Source: Planctomycetota bacterium | Lineage (GTDB): Bacteria; Planctomycetota; UBA8108; SXIK01 | Assembly (NCBI GenBank): GCA_965223265.1 | Contig: OZ244999.1 | Span: 2,816,001 to 2,880,000 of the forward strand | DNA: 64,000 nt | Direction: 5' to 3' | Shown here: in pieces, positions 38,121 through 47,586 of the stretch | Layout of the letters: each line of letters starts with the position of its first letter | Position numbering within the stretch: the first letter of the stretch is position 1 | Position numbers and translations under genes: made by a program | The notes under the pieces: model-generated | The model's database searches: none | What the model saw: only the letters and a program-made list of their open reading frames with translations | Told to the model about the DNA's origin: nothing

Positions 38121-41030
38121 TTGGTGAAAAACGGTTTCGAGATTGAAGGCGTTCGGGGCAAAACCAATCCAGAGAGCTCAAAGGCGGAAGGCGATTCCGG
38201 AGAGAAGCGACCGCGCGCTAAACGGCGCCGTTCGACGGCCGCTTCACGCTCTGGGACACCCCGCGGACGCGCCACGAGTCGCTCGGCGAGCGAGAACGAC
38301 GCTGCGCTCGAAGTTGATGACGGAGCCAAGGCCGCAGGTGTCGTCGCCGATACGCGTCCACGAAGTGGGGCGAAGCGGCCACGGCGTCGCACCGCGCCGC
38401 GCAAGAGTGCCTCTGGAAAGAGGGCGACGAAAGAGCCGTCTGGCGATGGGCCGGAGAAGCCTGAGGTGGCAGCCACTCGTGAGCGTGCCACTCGTGAGCG
38501 TGAAGCTCCTCCGTCTGCACAGAGGGAGCGCGCTGTCGACGCAGGGGACGCAAGATCTGGAGCGCCTGATTCTGCGGATGCAGTCAAGGGCTCACCCGCG
38601 GCTGCCGCGTCGACCCTAGAGGCGGCTCCGCAGTCAGCGGTAGATTCAGCGTCAACGTCAACCGCAGGGCCTAATGACGCATTCGGTGCCGGGCTTCTGA
38701 GCGACCGCGAGCCCCCGAAGCGGGGAGGCTCTCGCCGCCGGGGTGCTCGAGCGTCAGCCGCCGGCGCGACTGCGCCGGCGCCGCGGAAGCGTTCGAGTGG
38801 TCGTGCCTCCCGCGAGTTAACGCGCGACTCTGCCGCCGACGCCTCGGAGAAGCTTCCTGCAGAGCAGGGGCAAGACGACGACGGCGCGAGTGCGCCGATC
38901 GATTCGGAAGCGGGCGATGACTCGCGCACCCCGGTGCGACGTCGGCGCGCAGCTGTTTCGTCGCGCGGCGTGGGCCGCGCCGTCGCGGGGAGAAAACGTG
39001 CCGCCTCTGCCGCACGCAAGACCGCAGACGAGGACCTCGACGACACCGATGCAGGTGATCGCGCCGCGCGCGACACCGGTTCGTCGGAGGATCCCGCTGC
39101 CTCTGCGCCGCCAACGGCGGCGCCGGACGAAGTCACCGCGGCGGAGGAGAGAGGACAAGATGCCGAGTCGACGAGTGGCCCCTCACAAGAGGCAGAGTTC
39201 GTTGACGAGCCCCCAGGACGCGAGCGGCGGCGTTCAAGCCGCGGTCGCCGGCGGGCAAGTTCGCGTTCGCGGGGTGGATCCCGCAGCCCACGCGGTGACG
39301 CGGCGCCACGCCCGAGGCCAGCACCTGCCGATGAGCGGCGCGACTCACCTGCGTCTGTCGCTGCGCCCGAGTCGCGTAGCGGACGCAGCGGCGTCGAGGA
39401 GGTCACGCTCCCGACCTGGGTCGAGCCGTCACATGATCCACCGGCCACCTCGGCGAAGGGGCGAGATCTCATGCTTGCCGGCCGGCCCATCGTCGATGAG
39501 AGCGTCCAGGAGCAGGGCGGTCGGGCGAAGTCACTGCCCAAGCGCATCCTCGTCAACGCCGTCGACCCCGAGGAAGTTCGCATCGCCGTCATTGAGGCTG
39601 GGCGGCTGAACGAGCTGTACTACGACCGCCCGCACGAGAAGAAATACCTCGGCAACATCTACAAGGGACGCATCGTCAACCTCGAGCCTGCCATTCAAGC
39701 GGCGTTTGTCGAGATCGGCATCGGACGCAACGGTTTCCTTCACGTCTCGGACGTTTTACCGGCTTATAAGGACGCCAGCGCAATCCCTATCGATGGGCTC
39801 TCGCAGCGAATTGCAGACCGTCGCCGCCTGAAGATTCAGGACATCTTGCGCGAAGGGCAGGAAGTGCTCGTGCAGATATCAAAGGACGCGATCGGTGCCA
39901 AGGGGCCGAGTCTAACGACCTACGTCAGCGTGCCAGGCAAGTATTTGGTGCTCATGCCCGGCGTCAATCGTTTCGGAGTCTCGAAGAAGATTCATTCCGA
40001 CGAGGTCCGCCACCGCCTCCGCAAAGCTCTCTCTAAGTTGAATCCTCCCAGTGGGTTGGGGTACATCGTCCGGACGGCATGCTACGACGGCACGCAGTTG
40101 GAGTTTGAGAAGGACTTTGACTACCTGATGAAGGTGTGGGGCGATCTCACCTCGAAGGTGCAGGGCTCCGACGCGCCGTGTCTGGTCTACGCCGAGAGCG
40201 ATTTGGTGACGCGCACCATGCGCGACTTGGTGGGCGCTGACGTTGGCGAGGTCCTGATCGACGACCGCGCCGTGCACCGGAGCGCGCGGGCGTTTTGCGC
40301 TGAGATCGACCCGGAGACCGAGAAGAGGGTCAAGCACTATTCGGCCGCCTCGCCTATCTTCACGCGCTTCGGTGTTGAAGAGGAGATCGAGAAAATCTAC
40401 AATCGCAAGGTTCCGCTTCCGAGCGGCGGCCACATCGTGGTCGAGCAGACCGAGGCGTTGGTGGCGATCGACGTCAATTCGGGGAAGTACCGAGATGAGG
40501 ACGACCTCGAGGCGACAGCGCTCAAGACCAATCTCGAAGCGGCTGAAGAGATTGCTCGTCAGCTGCGTCTGCGCGACCTTGGTGGGGTGATCATCAACGA
40601 CTTCATCGACATGGAACGGGAGTCGAACCGCCGCGAAGTGGAGCGTGCCTTTCGAGCTGCGCTGCGCAGCGAACGTGCGAAATGTTGGATCTCGCGCATC
40701 TCGCGCTTCGGGATCATCGAGATGACCCGGCAGCGTGTGCGGCCGAGCTTCGAGAGAGCGCACTACGAGCCGTGCGAGTGCTGCCGAGGCACCGGAGTGA
40801 TCATTTCACCAAGGAGTACAGGAACCGCCATTTTGCGACAGGTTCGAGCTGGTTTGGCACTGCGGCGCAAACGCACTTGCGAAGTCATCGCCGCGGCCGA
40901 GATCGTCGATCACCTGCTCAACGAGCGGCGGCGCTACCTGGTCGAGTTAGAGTCTCAATTTAGAAAGAATATCGTCGTCAGAGCGGATCCGACGTTCGTC
41001 TCTGATCAGTACGTGATACGGTACCAGTGA
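38121..41030 (+). CDS. rne: Rne/Rng-family ribonuclease with very long N-terminal disordered extension
   Basis: From ~aa 475: ILVNA..EEVRIA, GNIYKGRI.NLEPAIQAAFV, TEALVAIDVNSG, QLRLRDLGG.II.DFIDM, CECCRGTG; start uncertain. Confidence 0.92.
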   Translation: MVKNGFEIEGVRGKTNPESSKAEGDSGEKRPRAKRRRSTAASRSGTPRGRATSRSASENDAALEVDDGAKAAGVVADTRPRSGAKRPRRRTAPRKSASGKRATKEPSGDGPEKPEVAATRERATREREAPPSAQRERAVDAGDARSGAPDSADAVKGSPAAAASTLEAAPQSAVDSASTSTAGPNDAFGAGLLSDREPPKRGGSRRRGARASAAGATAPAPRKRSSGRASRELTRDSAADASEKLPAEQGQDDDGASAPIDSEAGDDSRTPVRRRRAAVSSRGVGRAVAGRKRAASAARKTADEDLDDTDAGDRAARDTGSSEDPAASAPPTAAPDEVTAAEERGQDAESTSGPSQEAEFVDEPPGRERRRSSRGRRRASSRSRGGSRSPRGDAAPRPRPAPADERRDSPASVAAPESRSGRSGVEEVTLPTWVEPSHDPPATSAKGRDLMLAGRPIVDESVQEQGGRAKSLPKRILVNAVDPEEVRIAVIEAGRLNELYYDRPHEKKYLGNIYKGRIVNLEPAIQAAFVEIGIGRNGFLHVSDVLPAYKDASAIPIDGLSQRIADRRRLKIQDILREGQEVLVQISKDAIGAKGPSLTTYVSVPGKYLVLMPGVNRFGVSKKIHSDEVRHRLRKALSKLNPPSGLGYIVRTACYDGTQLEFEKDFDYLMKVWGDLTSKVQGSDAPCLVYAESDLVTRTMRDLVGADVGEVLIDDRAVHRSARAFCAEIDPETEKRVKHYSAASPIFTRFGVEEEIEKIYNRKVPLPSGGHIVVEQTEALVAIDVNSGKYRDEDDLEATALKTNLEAAEEIARQLRLRDLGGVIINDFIDMERESNRREVERAFRAALRSERAKCWISRISRFGIIEMTRQRVRPSFERAHYEPCECCRGTGVIISPRSTGTAILRQVRAGLALRRKRTCEVIAAAEIVDHLLNERRRYLVELESQFRKNIVVRADPTFVSDQYVIRYQ

Positions 41031-41163
41031 GCGGTCGGTGGACCGCTCAACAGACTGCGCCGCCAAATGGGCTGATCTACAGCTCAGGCCGATCGGCAAC
41101 TGGAACTGATCTGCGCGGCGCTGGAAGAGAAGGTTTTTACAGAGATCCAGAGAGAGCGGAAGC

Positions 41164-41481
41164 ATGGAAGCAATCATTCAGAGCGATGGCCGGCAGTATA
41201 AGGTCGTCGAGGGCGCTACAGTTGACGTCGACTACCGGGAAGAGCTCAAAGAAGGATCGAGCCTCGAGTTTTCGGACGTCCTGTACGTCACGAAGGATGG
41301 CGACTCGACTGTCGGCACGCCAACCATCAGCGGCGCCAAAGTTGTCGGCACGGTCGTCGGACACGTGCGCGGACCGAAACTGGTGGTTATGAACTTTCGT
41401 CGTCGCAAAAACTCTCGCCGCCGCGTCGGCCATCGACAGTCGTACACGCGCGTCAAGATCGATCGCATCGAAGCGTCTTAG
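41164..41481 (+). CDS. rplU: 50S ribosomal protein L21
   Basis: AII..GRQYKV.EG, RRKNSRRRVGHRQ.YT. Confidence 0.96.
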   Translation: MEAIIQSDGRQYKVVEGATVDVDYREELKEGSSLEFSDVLYVTKDGDSTVGTPTISGAKVVGTVVGHVRGPKLVVMNFRRRKNSRRRVGHRQSYTRVKIDRIEAS

Positions 41482-41571
41482 GGAACCGGGGCGGTGGCGA
41501 CTCGACGAAGAGGCTACACGCCTGAGAGCTGATCAGCAGAGACACGGAATCACTCAAGAGGAACAAGGTTC

Positions 41572-41820
41572 ATGGCACACAAGAAAGGCCAGGGGTCGTC
41601 GAGAAACGGCCGCGACAGCAATCCTCAGCATCGTGGCGTCAAGGTCTACGGTGGTGGACTTGTCAACGCTGGAACGATCATTGTCCGGCAATGTGGCACG
41701 AAGTTTCATCCCGGGATGAACGTTGGTGTTGGCAAAGACTACACGATCTTCTCTCTGATTCCTGGGCGCGTGAAATTTGAGAGCCGCCGCCGGATCAGCG
41801 TTTACCCTGTCGAGAACTGA
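41572..41820 (+). CDS. rpmA: 50S ribosomal protein L27
   Basis: [17 protein letters not shown]. Confidence 0.98.
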   Translation: MAHKKGQGSSRNGRDSNPQHRGVKVYGGGLVNAGTIIVRQCGTKFHPGMNVGVGKDYTIFSLIPGRVKFESRRRISVYPVEN

Positions 41821-41921
41821 CCTCTCGGGTTCTGCATTTGAGCGCGCCTTTGAGCTGACGCCGAGCGCTTCCGCCTGGATCTGGGTGCCGCGTTGAGCAC
41901 TCCGGCACGCGCACGCTGACG

Positions 41922-42953
41922 ATGTTTATCGACGAAGCTACGATTCTGGTGCGCAGTGGTGACGGCGGCCACGGATGCATCAGCTTTCGGCGTGAGAAGT
42001 ACATCCCGAAGGGCGGGCCGGACGGCGGCAACGGCGGTCGTGGAGGCCATGTCATCTTGCGCGCTAGCCGAGGCTTGAGCACGCTGCTCGATCTCTCTCG
42101 CCGCCGACATTACCGCGCTGAGTGCGGCCGGCCCGGCGGCGGCAATCAGCGTACTGGTCGTCGCGGTGGTGACCTCGTCGTCGACGTGCCGCTGGGCACG
42201 GTCGTGAAGGAGCGAGACGCGGAAACAGGGGAGAGCGTCGCATTCGGGGACTTGCTGCGCGAGGGCGAGACTCTCCGCGTGGCACGTGGGGGTAAGGGCG
42301 GGCTGGGGAACAAAGCTTTCGCAACCAGCACGCACCAGGTGCCGCGCACTGCGACGGAGGGCGGGCCGGGTGAAGAGCGGCGTCTCGACCTTGAGCTCAA
42401 GCTGCTCGCGGACGTCGGTCTCATTGGCCTGCCAAACGCCGGCAAGTCGACGTTCCTGGCGCGGGTCTCGGCGGCGACGCCGAAGATTGCCGCGTACCCT
42501 TTCACGACTCTCCATCCGAACCTTGGCATCGCTGAACTGGACGACTATCGCCGCGTCGTCCTCGCCGACATTCCCGGACTGATCGAGGGGGCACATGCTG
42601 GCCATGGACTCGGCATCGAGTTTTTGCGGCACGTCGAACGTACGCGTGTTCTTGTGCATCTCGTCGCTGCTGAGACGAACGACGTCGACGAGTTAGCTGG
42701 TAATTACCGAACGATCCGCCACGAGCTCGCCAGTTATAGCGAGGAACTTGGTCGCAAGCCTCAGCTTGTCGCGCTGAGTAAGATCGATCTCATCGAGGAG
42801 TCGCAGCGGGACGCGCTCGCGCGCGAACTCGAGGCGCGCCTCGCTGCTCCCGTCGCGACGCTTTCCGCGGTTACCGGAACCGGCGTGCGAGCACTTCTTG
42901 AGGCCGCCGCCCGCGAAGTGGAGAGCGCGAAGACTCGCGACCAGTCGGCCTAG
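41922..42953 (+). CDS. obgE: GTPase ObgE/CgtA
   Basis: MFIDEA..GDGG.G..SFRREKYIPKGGPDGG, GLPNAGKST, YPFTTL.PNLG, DIPGLIEGA. Confidence 0.97.
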   Translation: MFIDEATILVRSGDGGHGCISFRREKYIPKGGPDGGNGGRGGHVILRASRGLSTLLDLSRRRHYRAECGRPGGGNQRTGRRGGDLVVDVPLGTVVKERDAETGESVAFGDLLREGETLRVARGGKGGLGNKAFATSTHQVPRTATEGGPGEERRLDLELKLLADVGLIGLPNAGKSTFLARVSAATPKIAAYPFTTLHPNLGIAELDDYRRVVLADIPGLIEGAHAGHGLGIEFLRHVERTRVLVHLVAAETNDVDELAGNYRTIRHELASYSEELGRKPQLVALSKIDLIEESQRDALARELEARLAAPVATLSAVTGTGVRALLEAAAREVESAKTRDQSA

Positions 42954-43113
42954 CAGCCCGCCTGAAAAAGTCCTTCGAGCCGAAAACTGGTCTATCGTGT
43001 CCAGATCGGCTGCGGCAAACGCAGGTAATCTCCGAGATTTTTGAGTATTGACGCGGTCGCGCTGGGCGTGAAGAGGCCAGTTTCTCGGCCGAATGACTTT
43101 TTCAGGCGGGCTG
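42954..43113 (+). mobile_element. foldback MITE copy 2, CTAG flanks (left flank contains the obgE stop)
   Basis: TIRs CAGCCCGCCTGAAAAAGTC / GACTTTTTCAGGCGGGCTG; CTAG on both sides. Confidence 0.87.
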
Positions 43114-43321
43114 CTAGTCTTTGCGGCGCTCCTGGTCGTAGACGAAACCGCCCTACGTTCTGGTACTGCCCTGCCAGAGAGCGGTGTGCCCAAAACGTCA
43201 AGCGTTCGTCGCTGTTTCAGCGCCGTTGTATACTCCTCCGACCGCTTCCGCGCCGCGACGCGACCCGTACGTCGCACCCAGGTCGAGAAATCTACGCAAG
43301 TCGATTCAAGCGAGGCTGAGG

Positions 43322-44425
43322 ATGGAATTCCACGAAATGCTCCGGAAGATGGTGATCGAAAAGGCCTCGGACCTTTTCATCAAGGTCGGCACGCCGCCTT
43401 CGCTGCGTATCGATGGTGCGATTCACTTTATCGATACGGACGAGATCACCCCGCAGGACACCCACGAAGTCTTTGAGATCATCGAAGACTCAAAAAAGGA
43501 GCGATTCGTTTTTAAAGGCGACATCGACGTCGCCTACGAGCTTCCTGGCATCGGCCGATTTCGCGTCAATATTCTGCGCTCGAAGGGACATCTCGGATTC
43601 GTGCTGCGTCACATCGAGAGCAACATCCCCGGCTTCGAAGAGCTCTACTTGCCGGGAGTGGTGCTGACGAAGATGGCGACCGCACATCGCGGGCTCGTCC
43701 TCGTTACCGGGCAGACCGGAAGCGGAAAGTCGACGACCCTCGCGTCGATGATCAATTACATCAACGAAGAGTTCAACAAGCACATCATCACGTGCGAAGA
43801 TCCGATCGAGTTCATGTTTAAGGATCGCAAGTCGATCGTCAACCAGCGTGAGATCGGAGCCGACACACCGGACTTCCTCAGTGCCCTGAAAATGGCAGTG
43901 CGGCAGAGTCCCGACGTGATCTTGATCGGTGAGATGCGCGATAGCGAGACGACCGAAGCGGCGCTCTCGGCAGCGGAGACGGGGCACCTCGTCATGAGCA
44001 CGCTGCACACGGTGAACGCGATCCAGACCGTTGAGCGCATTATAAATTTCTTCCCGCCGCATCAGCACCAACTGATTCGTCTGCAGCTGTCGCTGGTTCT
44101 CGTCGGTGTCATTTCGCAGCGGCTCATTCCAAGAAAACAGGGCGGCGGCCGCGTCCCGGCGATTGAGCTCATGATTCAGTCGCCGACGATTCGCGACCTG
44201 CTGCGCACCGGGCAGACCCAGGATCTCTACAATGCGGTCAAGCAAGGCGAGTACTACGGCTGCCAGACGTTCAACCAGTCCCTGAAGGGGCTTTATCAGG
44301 AAGATCTGATCAGCCTCGAGAGTGCCATGGCTGCCTCCGACTACCCGGATGAGCTCAAGCTCGACTTGAAGGGCATCTTCAAGGGCGGCATGGCGAACCA
44401 CGAAGACTTCAACTTCAATTACTGA
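43322..44425 (+). CDS. PilT/PilU-family pilus retraction ATPase
   Basis: ASDLFIKVG.PP.LRIDG, GRFRVN, TGQTGSGKSTTLA, EDPIEF, RQSPDVILIGEMRD, AETGHLVMSTLHT. Confidence 0.93.
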   Translation: MEFHEMLRKMVIEKASDLFIKVGTPPSLRIDGAIHFIDTDEITPQDTHEVFEIIEDSKKERFVFKGDIDVAYELPGIGRFRVNILRSKGHLGFVLRHIESNIPGFEELYLPGVVLTKMATAHRGLVLVTGQTGSGKSTTLASMINYINEEFNKHIITCEDPIEFMFKDRKSIVNQREIGADTPDFLSALKMAVRQSPDVILIGEMRDSETTEAALSAAETGHLVMSTLHTVNAIQTVERIINFFPPHQHQLIRLQLSLVLVGVISQRLIPRKQGGGRVPAIELMIQSPTIRDLLRTGQTQDLYNAVKQGEYYGCQTFNQSLKGLYQEDLISLESAMAASDYPDELKLDLKGIFKGGMANHEDFNFNY

Positions 44426-44533
44426 TTCATAGACCGCGTTTCAGAGCTCTTCTGCAGCTGAGCCGTGGTCATCGTGGGCAAACTCTAAGGCGCTTCGCCG
44501 GCGAGCGCTGGCAGCGGCAGGGGGCCTCTGGGA

Positions 44534-44548
44534 TATAATCCCGGAATG
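44534..44548 (+). promoter_or_regulatory. -10 box 6 nt before the coaX ATG (possible leaderless transcript)
   Basis: TATAAT at 44534-44539, ATG at 44546, no SD. Confidence 0.45.
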
Positions 44549-45337
44549 CTCGCGCTTCTACTCGGCAACACCACACTGCGTTTCGCGTGTCTCCGCGACG
44601 AGTTACTTCGTGGCGACGTTCTTTCCCAGAACTCGCCGCCGATGCGGATCGAATCGCGCCGCATCGCGTGGGAGGACTTGCGGGCGCAGCGCGAAGTGGT
44701 GCGCCGCGAGTGGCGTGCGGCGGCGGGGCAGGGAGTCATCGCCGCGTCCGTGCGCGACGATCGAGTCGAGCTCGTCGAGGCACTCTTGCCGCCCGGGACA
44801 GGTCTCGTCCTGGCCGGGCGAGATTTTGAGGTGCCTGTTCGGAACCGCACCGACGCGCCGCAGCAAGTGGGTGTTGATCGGCTGCTCAATGTCCTTGCGG
44901 CGCGGCGCCGAGCCGGTGGGCGTGCCGCCATCGTCGTTGACTTTGGCACGACGGTGTCGATTTCCGCGATGTCTGCCGAAGGCGACTTTATTGGCGGTGC
45001 GATCGCGCTCGGCGTTCCAGCCGCGCGGCATGGCCTCAGCGCGGGCACACCACGCCTTCCGCGTCTCGAGCTCGCGGCAGAGTCGAGTCATGTGGGCAGA
45101 ACGACGGAGACGGCACTGAGCCGAGGCGTTTATTGGCAGCTGGCTGGCGGGACGCAGGAACTGCTGCGCGGCCTTTCCCGCGAACTGATGTTGAGTGATC
45201 CGCTCGTACTCGCGACGGGAGGTGATGCGGAGCTGTTCGCGGCCGCCGTCGACTCCATCGACGAGGTTGTGCCCGAGCTGACCTTCGAAGGCTTGGTTTT
45301 AGCGCATAGGACCCGTCCAGACGTGGCGTCGCGGTGA
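44546..45337 (+). CDS. coaX: type III pantothenate kinase
   Basis: LLLGNT, ASV, VGVDRL, IVVDFGT, GGAI..G, ATGGDA. Confidence 0.88.
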   Translation: MLALLLGNTTLRFACLRDELLRGDVLSQNSPPMRIESRRIAWEDLRAQREVVRREWRAAAGQGVIAASVRDDRVELVEALLPPGTGLVLAGRDFEVPVRNRTDAPQQVGVDRLLNVLAARRRAGGRAAIVVDFGTTVSISAMSAEGDFIGGAIALGVPAARHGLSAGTPRLPRLELAAESSHVGRTTETALSRGVYWQLAGGTQELLRGLSRELMLSDPLVLATGGDAELFAAAVDSIDEVVPELTFEGLVLAHRTRPDVASR

Positions 45338-46545
45338 ACGCGGCAGCAGATTTCACGTTTCATCTCGCAAGTCCCGCCGGCGAAGGCGCGATCGCACTCA
45401 TTGAGATTTACGGCGCGGGGGGCGAGTCGGCGGTGAGGGCGTGTTTCAAGTCACCTAAGGGGGCACTGCCGCGCGTCGGGCGGGCGCGCTACGGCGACTT
45501 TGTGCAGCCGCACGGCGACGTGATCGACGACGTCGTCGTCCAGCGCATTCCCGCGGCGGCGATGTGGAGCGGCCGCGAAGCATGGGTCGTCGAACTACAC
45601 GGCGGTCAGTGGCAGCAGGCGCAAGTGCGAGCGACGCTCCGGCGCGTCGGAGGCGTCGAGCAGTCGCTTCGCGAGGTGTTGGTTTCGTCGGTTCGAGAGC
45701 AGACGCTGGACGCGATCCAAGCCGCAGCGTATGAGTGTTTGGTCGAGGCCCGATCTGAAAAGGCGGCAAGGTTTTTTCTTCGGCAACACAGAGGGGAGCT
45801 GTCGCGCCTTGTCCGCACAGAGCTTGACCAGCTCACAGCGGAGACGCTCGAACGACTTGCATCGCGCGCGGCGCCGTGGCTCGAGCGTTCGCGTGCGGCA
45901 CGGCATCTCGCAGCGCCGCTCCGTGTCCTGATCGCTGGACGTCCGAATGCCGGCAAATCAACGCTATTCAACCGTCTGGTCGAAGAGGAGCGTGCTGTGG
46001 TCTCGGACGTCGCCGGCACGACGCGCGATGTGCTTGTAGCGCAGATCGATCTGTTTGGCTATCCCGTCGTTCTACACGATGGCGCAGGGTTGCGGCCCGA
46101 GGGGGAAGGCGATCTTGTCGAAGAACTCGGGATCCGAAAGGTCATCGCAGGCGAGTGGGATGCGGTCATTCACCTCGTCCGCTACCCTTGGAGGCTCGAC
46201 AGCGCAGAGATCGAACTACTCCAGCGCGTGCCAGCCGGACGTCGTCTGATGGTTGCCTCCGGAGCCGATTTGGCCGTCGACAACTCGTCCGATGTTGACG
46301 CCACTTTCGATCTGAAAGTTTCTGCGCACAGTGGTGAAGGTGTTGATGAGCTGCGGCAACTCATAGCCGAGCGTTGGATCTGCTCCGGGCTCGGTGCGGA
46401 CGACGAAGTGCCCTGTGCTCCGTTCAGCGACCGGCAAGTCGCGCTCTTTCAGGCTGCGATCACGGCATCGGCGAGCCGCGAGGATGACGCCCTTGACGCG
46501 ACTCGGGCTGCGTTCTTACAATGCCTGCGTTCCTCCTGGCCGTGA
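45334..46545 (+). CDS. MnmE/TrmE-like GTPase (divergent)
   Basis: ASPAGEGAIALIEIYG, ELHGG, GRPNAGKSTLFN.L, VVSDVAGTTRD; G3 DGAG; lacks NKxD and terminal CxGK. Confidence 0.8.
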   Translation: MNAAADFTFHLASPAGEGAIALIEIYGAGGESAVRACFKSPKGALPRVGRARYGDFVQPHGDVIDDVVVQRIPAAAMWSGREAWVVELHGGQWQQAQVRATLRRVGGVEQSLREVLVSSVREQTLDAIQAAAYECLVEARSEKAARFFLRQHRGELSRLVRTELDQLTAETLERLASRAAPWLERSRAARHLAAPLRVLIAGRPNAGKSTLFNRLVEEERAVVSDVAGTTRDVLVAQIDLFGYPVVLHDGAGLRPEGEGDLVEELGIRKVIAGEWDAVIHLVRYPWRLDSAEIELLQRVPAGRRLMVASGADLAVDNSSDVDATFDLKVSAHSGEGVDELRQLIAERWICSGLGADDEVPCAPFSDRQVALFQAAITASASREDDALDATRAAFLQCLRSSWP

Positions 46546-46770
46546 GAGTGATTTGGGTGCGTTTGCCATCGTCGAGCGACTGCCAACGGCAAGATTCGAC
46601 GTCTTAGCAGCCGGCGCTTCACTCGTGCGGCAGGCTAGGACGTGCAGCCGGAAGATTCAGCTGTGTCGGCGCCGGGCCAGCGCGTTAGACTTCAATGACG
46701 GTCGCGCCAGTGCCGACGATTCGGAGGTGAGGAGAGTGATCGCGCTACTTGAGAGCGGAGCGGGCGTTAA

Positions 46771-46931
46771 CAGCCCGCCTGAAAAAGTGCTTCGAGTCGA
46801 AAACTGGTCGCTTCGCGTCCAGATCGGCCGCGGCGAACGTAGGTAATCTCCGCGATTTTCGAGGCTCGCCGCGATCGATCTGGACGTGAAGAGGCCAGTT
46901 TCTCGGCCGAATGACTTTTTCAGGCGGGCTG
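46771..46931 (+). mobile_element. foldback MITE copy 3, TTAA flanks, just upstream of pyrR
   Basis: TIRs CAGCCCGCCTGAAAAAGT / ACTTTTTCAGGCGGGCTG; TTAA on both sides. Confidence 0.87.
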
Positions 46932-46980
46932 TTAAGCCCGAAGTACGTTTTCAGGCACGCGACCGACGCCAAATGGGCCT

Positions 46981-47571
46981 ATGAGTGTACCTCCAGACAC
47001 CTCCGACGCGAGTGAGTCGCTGCCAGACGGGCGACTCTTCGACGCGTCTGTATTTGCGGGTACGTTCGAGTCGTGGCGACTTGCCATACAGGAGGCGATT
47101 GAAGCCGATCGTTCGTCTCCGGCCGAATGCAGCTGGGCGCTGGTGGGGATCAAGCGGCGTGGCGCAGTCCTGGCGCATCGGCTCCGCGATTGGCTCGAGT
47201 CACAGGGAACGCCGGTACGCTACGGTGAAGTCGACATCTCGCTCTACCGCGACGACTACCATTTGCAGGTTGCCAATCCTCGCGTCCTCGGCACAGAGAT
47301 ACCGTTCAACGTCGACGGCGTCAAAATCCTCCTCGTCGACGACGTTCTCTTCACTGGAAGGACGGTTAGGGCAGCTCTTGACCTCCTACTTGATTTCGGG
47401 CGGCCGAAGGTGATCCAACTGGCGGTCTTCATCGACCGCGGTCACCGCGAGTTGCCCATCGCAGCCGATCTCGTCGGCAAAGTGATTCCGACGCGCGCGG
47501 GGGATCGGGTGCGTGTACGGCTGAAAGAGATCGACGGCGAGGATTGTGTATTCTTGGAGGGGCGAGCCTAA
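46981..47571 (+). CDS. pyrR: bifunctional pyr regulator/uracil phosphoribosyltransferase
   Basis: LVGIKRRG..LA, DISLYRDD, LLVDDVLFTGRTVRAAL, DRGHRELPI. Confidence 0.95.
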   Translation: MSVPPDTSDASESLPDGRLFDASVFAGTFESWRLAIQEAIEADRSSPAECSWALVGIKRRGAVLAHRLRDWLESQGTPVRYGEVDISLYRDDYHLQVANPRVLGTEIPFNVDGVKILLVDDVLFTGRTVRAALDLLLDFGRPKVIQLAVFIDRGHRELPIAADLVGKVIPTRAGDRVRVRLKEIDGEDCVFLEGRA

Positions 47572-47586
47572 TCGTCGTCGGCAACC

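Noticed and set aside
37655-39592. 645-aa minus-strand ORF
   Set aside because: Antisense shadow of the GC-rich low-complexity N-terminus of rne; no motifs
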